Below, one piece after another: positions 60,988 to 64,000 of a stretch of 64,000 nucleotides of DNA. Origin of the DNA: Selaginella moellendorffii (lineage: Eukaryota > Plantae > Lycopodiophyta). The stretch is from assembly GCF_000143415.4 (NCBI RefSeq), contig NW_003314265.1, positions 3,117,181-3,181,180 of the forward strand, read 5' to 3'. Numbering within the stretch: position 1 is the stretch's first letter; the number at the start of each line of letters is the position of its first letter. A model generated the notes under the pieces. That model saw only the letters and a program-made list of their open reading frames with translations, ran no database searches and was not told the DNA's origin. A program made the position numbers and the translations under genes.

Positions 60988-61645
60988 TGCTCGTTTTCCA
61001 AATCAACATGAGTGTCCGCAAGTCCTGGAACACTGGTCGACTTTGCTTGCTTCCTTCAACGCATTCGAGGTCATGTTCCCAATTTGTTGCCGCAATTTGT
61101 GACTGGACGAGAGACAAAACGAATCAAAATCCTTGACTTAAGATGAGTGTAACATAATCTTCTCTTCTTTTATGCTGGTTGTTTATTCATTGATCGATGA
61201 TACAGGCCGGATGCAAAGCTTGCAAGAGATTTCCAGACAGTTCTGCTTCAAGCAGTCCAGAAGAAAGGTGCCGAATGGGAAGAAGCGTATCCACCCTCCG
61301 TCCATTCTTCCTTCATCTCTGAACTGGCTGATTGATCCAGGCAAGATGTTTTGCGTCTGGAGAACGACCTCATATTCAATGAAGCCATCATCGAGGAACG
61401 AGAGAGAGAGATCCAAAATCAAATAGGAGAAGTGCATAAGATTTTCTTTAACCTTGCTGTTTTGGTGCGAGGGCAAGGTAACCTGATATGTGAGGATTTG
61501 TTGTGGTATCAAAGCCCTCCTGCTCTAAAAGATATCAAACTTACTAGAGATGTTCCAGATGTTTGACTCTGCTTTTTTTATTCCAGTGTTTCTTTATTAG
61601 AGCCAGCGATGTGGTGGACAAATGTGTACAGTATTCTTTGCTATG
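60988..61645 (+). pseudogene. Scrambled partial duplicate of the syntaxin gene
   Basis: 60995-61019 matches ~54170-54198. ~61023-61110 is the reverse complement of ~54311-54411. ~61195-61645 matches ~54455-55325 with deletions, including intron and 3' flank sequence. Confidence 0.85.
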
Positions 61646-62432
61646 AGCATTGCTGCATGCATGTGCAGCAAATTATTTAATGATATTAACATGGTGCACA
61701 TTCTAAAGTTGGTTTAAATTATCTAAGAGTTTTGGTGTCTTGAAGATGACCTTCTTTATTTTATAAGGATGGATTCTGATAATTATTATGGCTGGTGGTG
61801 CTTTCAGTCTTTATTTCATATTTTTTCCACACTTATTATGATTTTTTTATTCTATGTAGGCATATGGGACATCATTATATGACTAAGGAGTTACATAAGT
61901 CTTTCTATTGATTGAAGATGCAACATGATGTTATTCAGTCTTTATATAACTGTATTTAGTGCCAAACTCGTAATACTCTCACTTGTGTTACAAAAGGAAG
62001 GTTGAAGTTAATTACAATTTTCTATTTATTTGAGTTGGTGGCATTTTATATGATGGGGCCTTTTCCACAGTCAACTGTTGGCAATGAGTATATCATTATT
62101 GTTTCTAATTACTTAACTCATTAGGTGGAAATTAGAGTTCTTATTAGTGTATTTGCAACTACTGTTAGATACTTCCCCTTCAATCGAGTGGTGCTCTAAC
62201 ATTCCTATCCAAAGTGAATTCTTTTGAATAATAGTCTTACATTTATGGTTGAGGTATTTTCACATTTTAACATATCGATTGGGGATATGCCACACTTTCA
62301 CAAATGCTCATCATCCACAGTCAGATGGTTTTATTTAGACCTTCAAAGGGATGATCGCAAAGTATTTGAACTTTCAGCATTCGGATTGAGATAATTATTT
62401 GCCATCTCTTTAGTATATGTATATCACAAGGG

Positions 62433-64000
62433 TGTTGTAGTGCATGTGGTTTTTACCCTTTATCCTATGGTGATTTACCATAGGATAACCACAAAGTGGA
62501 ACCTAAACCCTCCATGTGCTACATGTTATATGCCATGTGTCACATGCCACGTGTCCAAAAGACAGTGGTGTGGAACCTGAGTTTCAAAGCCTTGGGCCAC
62601 TGAATGAAGGAACGATGCCAAACTCGAAAGCATGGAGCCAAGGAGCAATGGCACTGGAGTACAGAACGACTCCCGAGCATTTAGCCTAAGGAGCAAAGGG
62701 GCAAGAGCATGAAACAACTTGGAATAGTCCTAGAGTATCCAACATCCCAATGCCAGAACTAACACATAAAATAAAGACAAAAGGAGTTTGGCACTATTTC
62801 AACATACCGGTGGCCTAATCGAGGATATAGGTACTTCACCAGCTAGCATAGTGTGGAACTTGGGCTTAGACCCAAGCCAGACGCAGAACAAAGATAGGAA
62901 CGCAAACGAGAGCTAGGCTATACCTCAGGTTGATTGGCCATGCTGATCTACCCACTATCCCTATTATACATTTAGAACCCCACCCCTTGAGGAACACATG
63001 CTTTGGACTTTCACCCCACAGGAGTTAGTCTCTGGGGGATAAGCTTGAAACTTACTAAATATGGAATGTTCTTAGATTGCGAATTTGGACACGGAACGAA
63101 CACCATTGTGTTCAAGATAATCTCTACATTCCATAAATATGCTAAATCAGTGAATCTAGACACTTTTCATAAATAGCATTTGGGACCAGAATGAGACTAA
63201 CACAAAAGGCATGATAGCGAGGGTGTTTGGTAGACACGGTAAGCTATCATCTTGCAAATATTGAGGGACTAAGCTCAATATCGCAGGGGTTCCCAACACT
63301 AGTAAGTGCAAGTCAACGAATGAGTTTCTCTAACCAGGTCAAGTATGCTTGACTAATAGCACTTAGGAATTCCGTTCTTATGCTCATCGGTTAAGTACAC
63401 ACGCGAAGACCAGTTTCTCAACTAGCTTAGGTGGAGATTAATAACGGGTCCAGCAATACCAACCTCATGCCATCGTGGCAGTAAAGAAAGAATATCCGAA
63501 AGGATTAGCCGATAAATAACTTTCGATACCCAAAGTCACATTCACGACACTCTCCCCCCCCTTAGGGAAGATCGATGTCTTCGTCGATGTATACTTGAGT
63601 CTAGACCACTGGCAAGGAAACAACTCTAGAAAAAGTTTATGGTGATCACACTATGTGAGAAATGCACCAACTTAAATGAGTTAAGATAACCTCTTTGTCT
63701 AACACGGATGCACTACCAACTCAGATACTTTCCAGCTGTCGCCGACAAGGAAATGACCAACAAAGTTAGCCACCCTTGCTACTCTGGGTGTCACCCAGCT
63801 TACAAAAGTGTGATACACCTTATTCGGAAGGACATAGAGAGAGAAGCTAGAGGCCCTAGCCCTCTTGAGCAAAGAAACCAAACCCGTCAGTAAAGTTTAG
63901 ATAGATTACTGTAAACAGGTAGTTAGAGTTGTTTATATAGTCACACTTTTTTAACGAAATAAGGAGAGAGGCGGGTGATGTGACCAGTTGACAGTAGCTA
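62433..64000 (-). mobile_element. LTR retrotransposon 3' end: ~1.12-kb LTR (62433-63549), PPT (63550-63563) and internal region running off the window
   Basis: Termini TGTTGTAG...TCACGACA (TG..CA, imperfect inverted repeat). Minus-strand [17 protein letters not shown] abuts the LTR. Homologous copies lie at 33.7-35.5 kb and 38.2-38.7 kb. Confidence 0.82.

Overview
Eukaryotic plant nuclear DNA, most likely a lycophyte such as Selaginella. This is inferred from the very high gene density, ~50-60 nt GT-AG introns, several intronless PLS-class PPR genes and an intron-containing plastid peptidoglycan gene (murB). Two gene-dense, GC-rich blocks (about 1-29 kb and 45-60 kb) are separated by an AT-rich, CpG-depleted block of decayed LTR-retrotransposon and pseudogene debris (about 29-45 kb). 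Another LTR element enters at the right edge. Recognisable genes: nuclear intron maturase (3' end), SAUR, BTB-NPH3, 6-phosphogluconolactonase, peroxiredoxin IIE, three PPR genes, NOC1/CEBPZ, MurB, SUN, RING-HC ligase, subtilase, Ole e 1/proline-rich protein, DUF4864-like protein, TMEM256, tRNA-Tyr, MCM8, SYP2 syntaxin, two At4g08330-like zinc proteins and PEX22. Most notable oddities: (1) a tRNA-Arg(UCU) gene split by a 1009-bp insert flanked by an exact 16-bp duplication of tRNA positions 43-58, which leaves both Pol III boxes and a foldable cloverleaf; (2) a ~270-bp TRIM whose LTRs carry a tRNA-Ala-like sequence; (3) an intronless orphan ORF with PD-(D/E)xK restriction-endonuclease-like motifs; (4) ~3-4 kb inverted duplicated arms bracketing a 13.5-kb gene block. 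All calls were made by eye, with no database searches. Multi-exon genes are given as start-to-stop spans.
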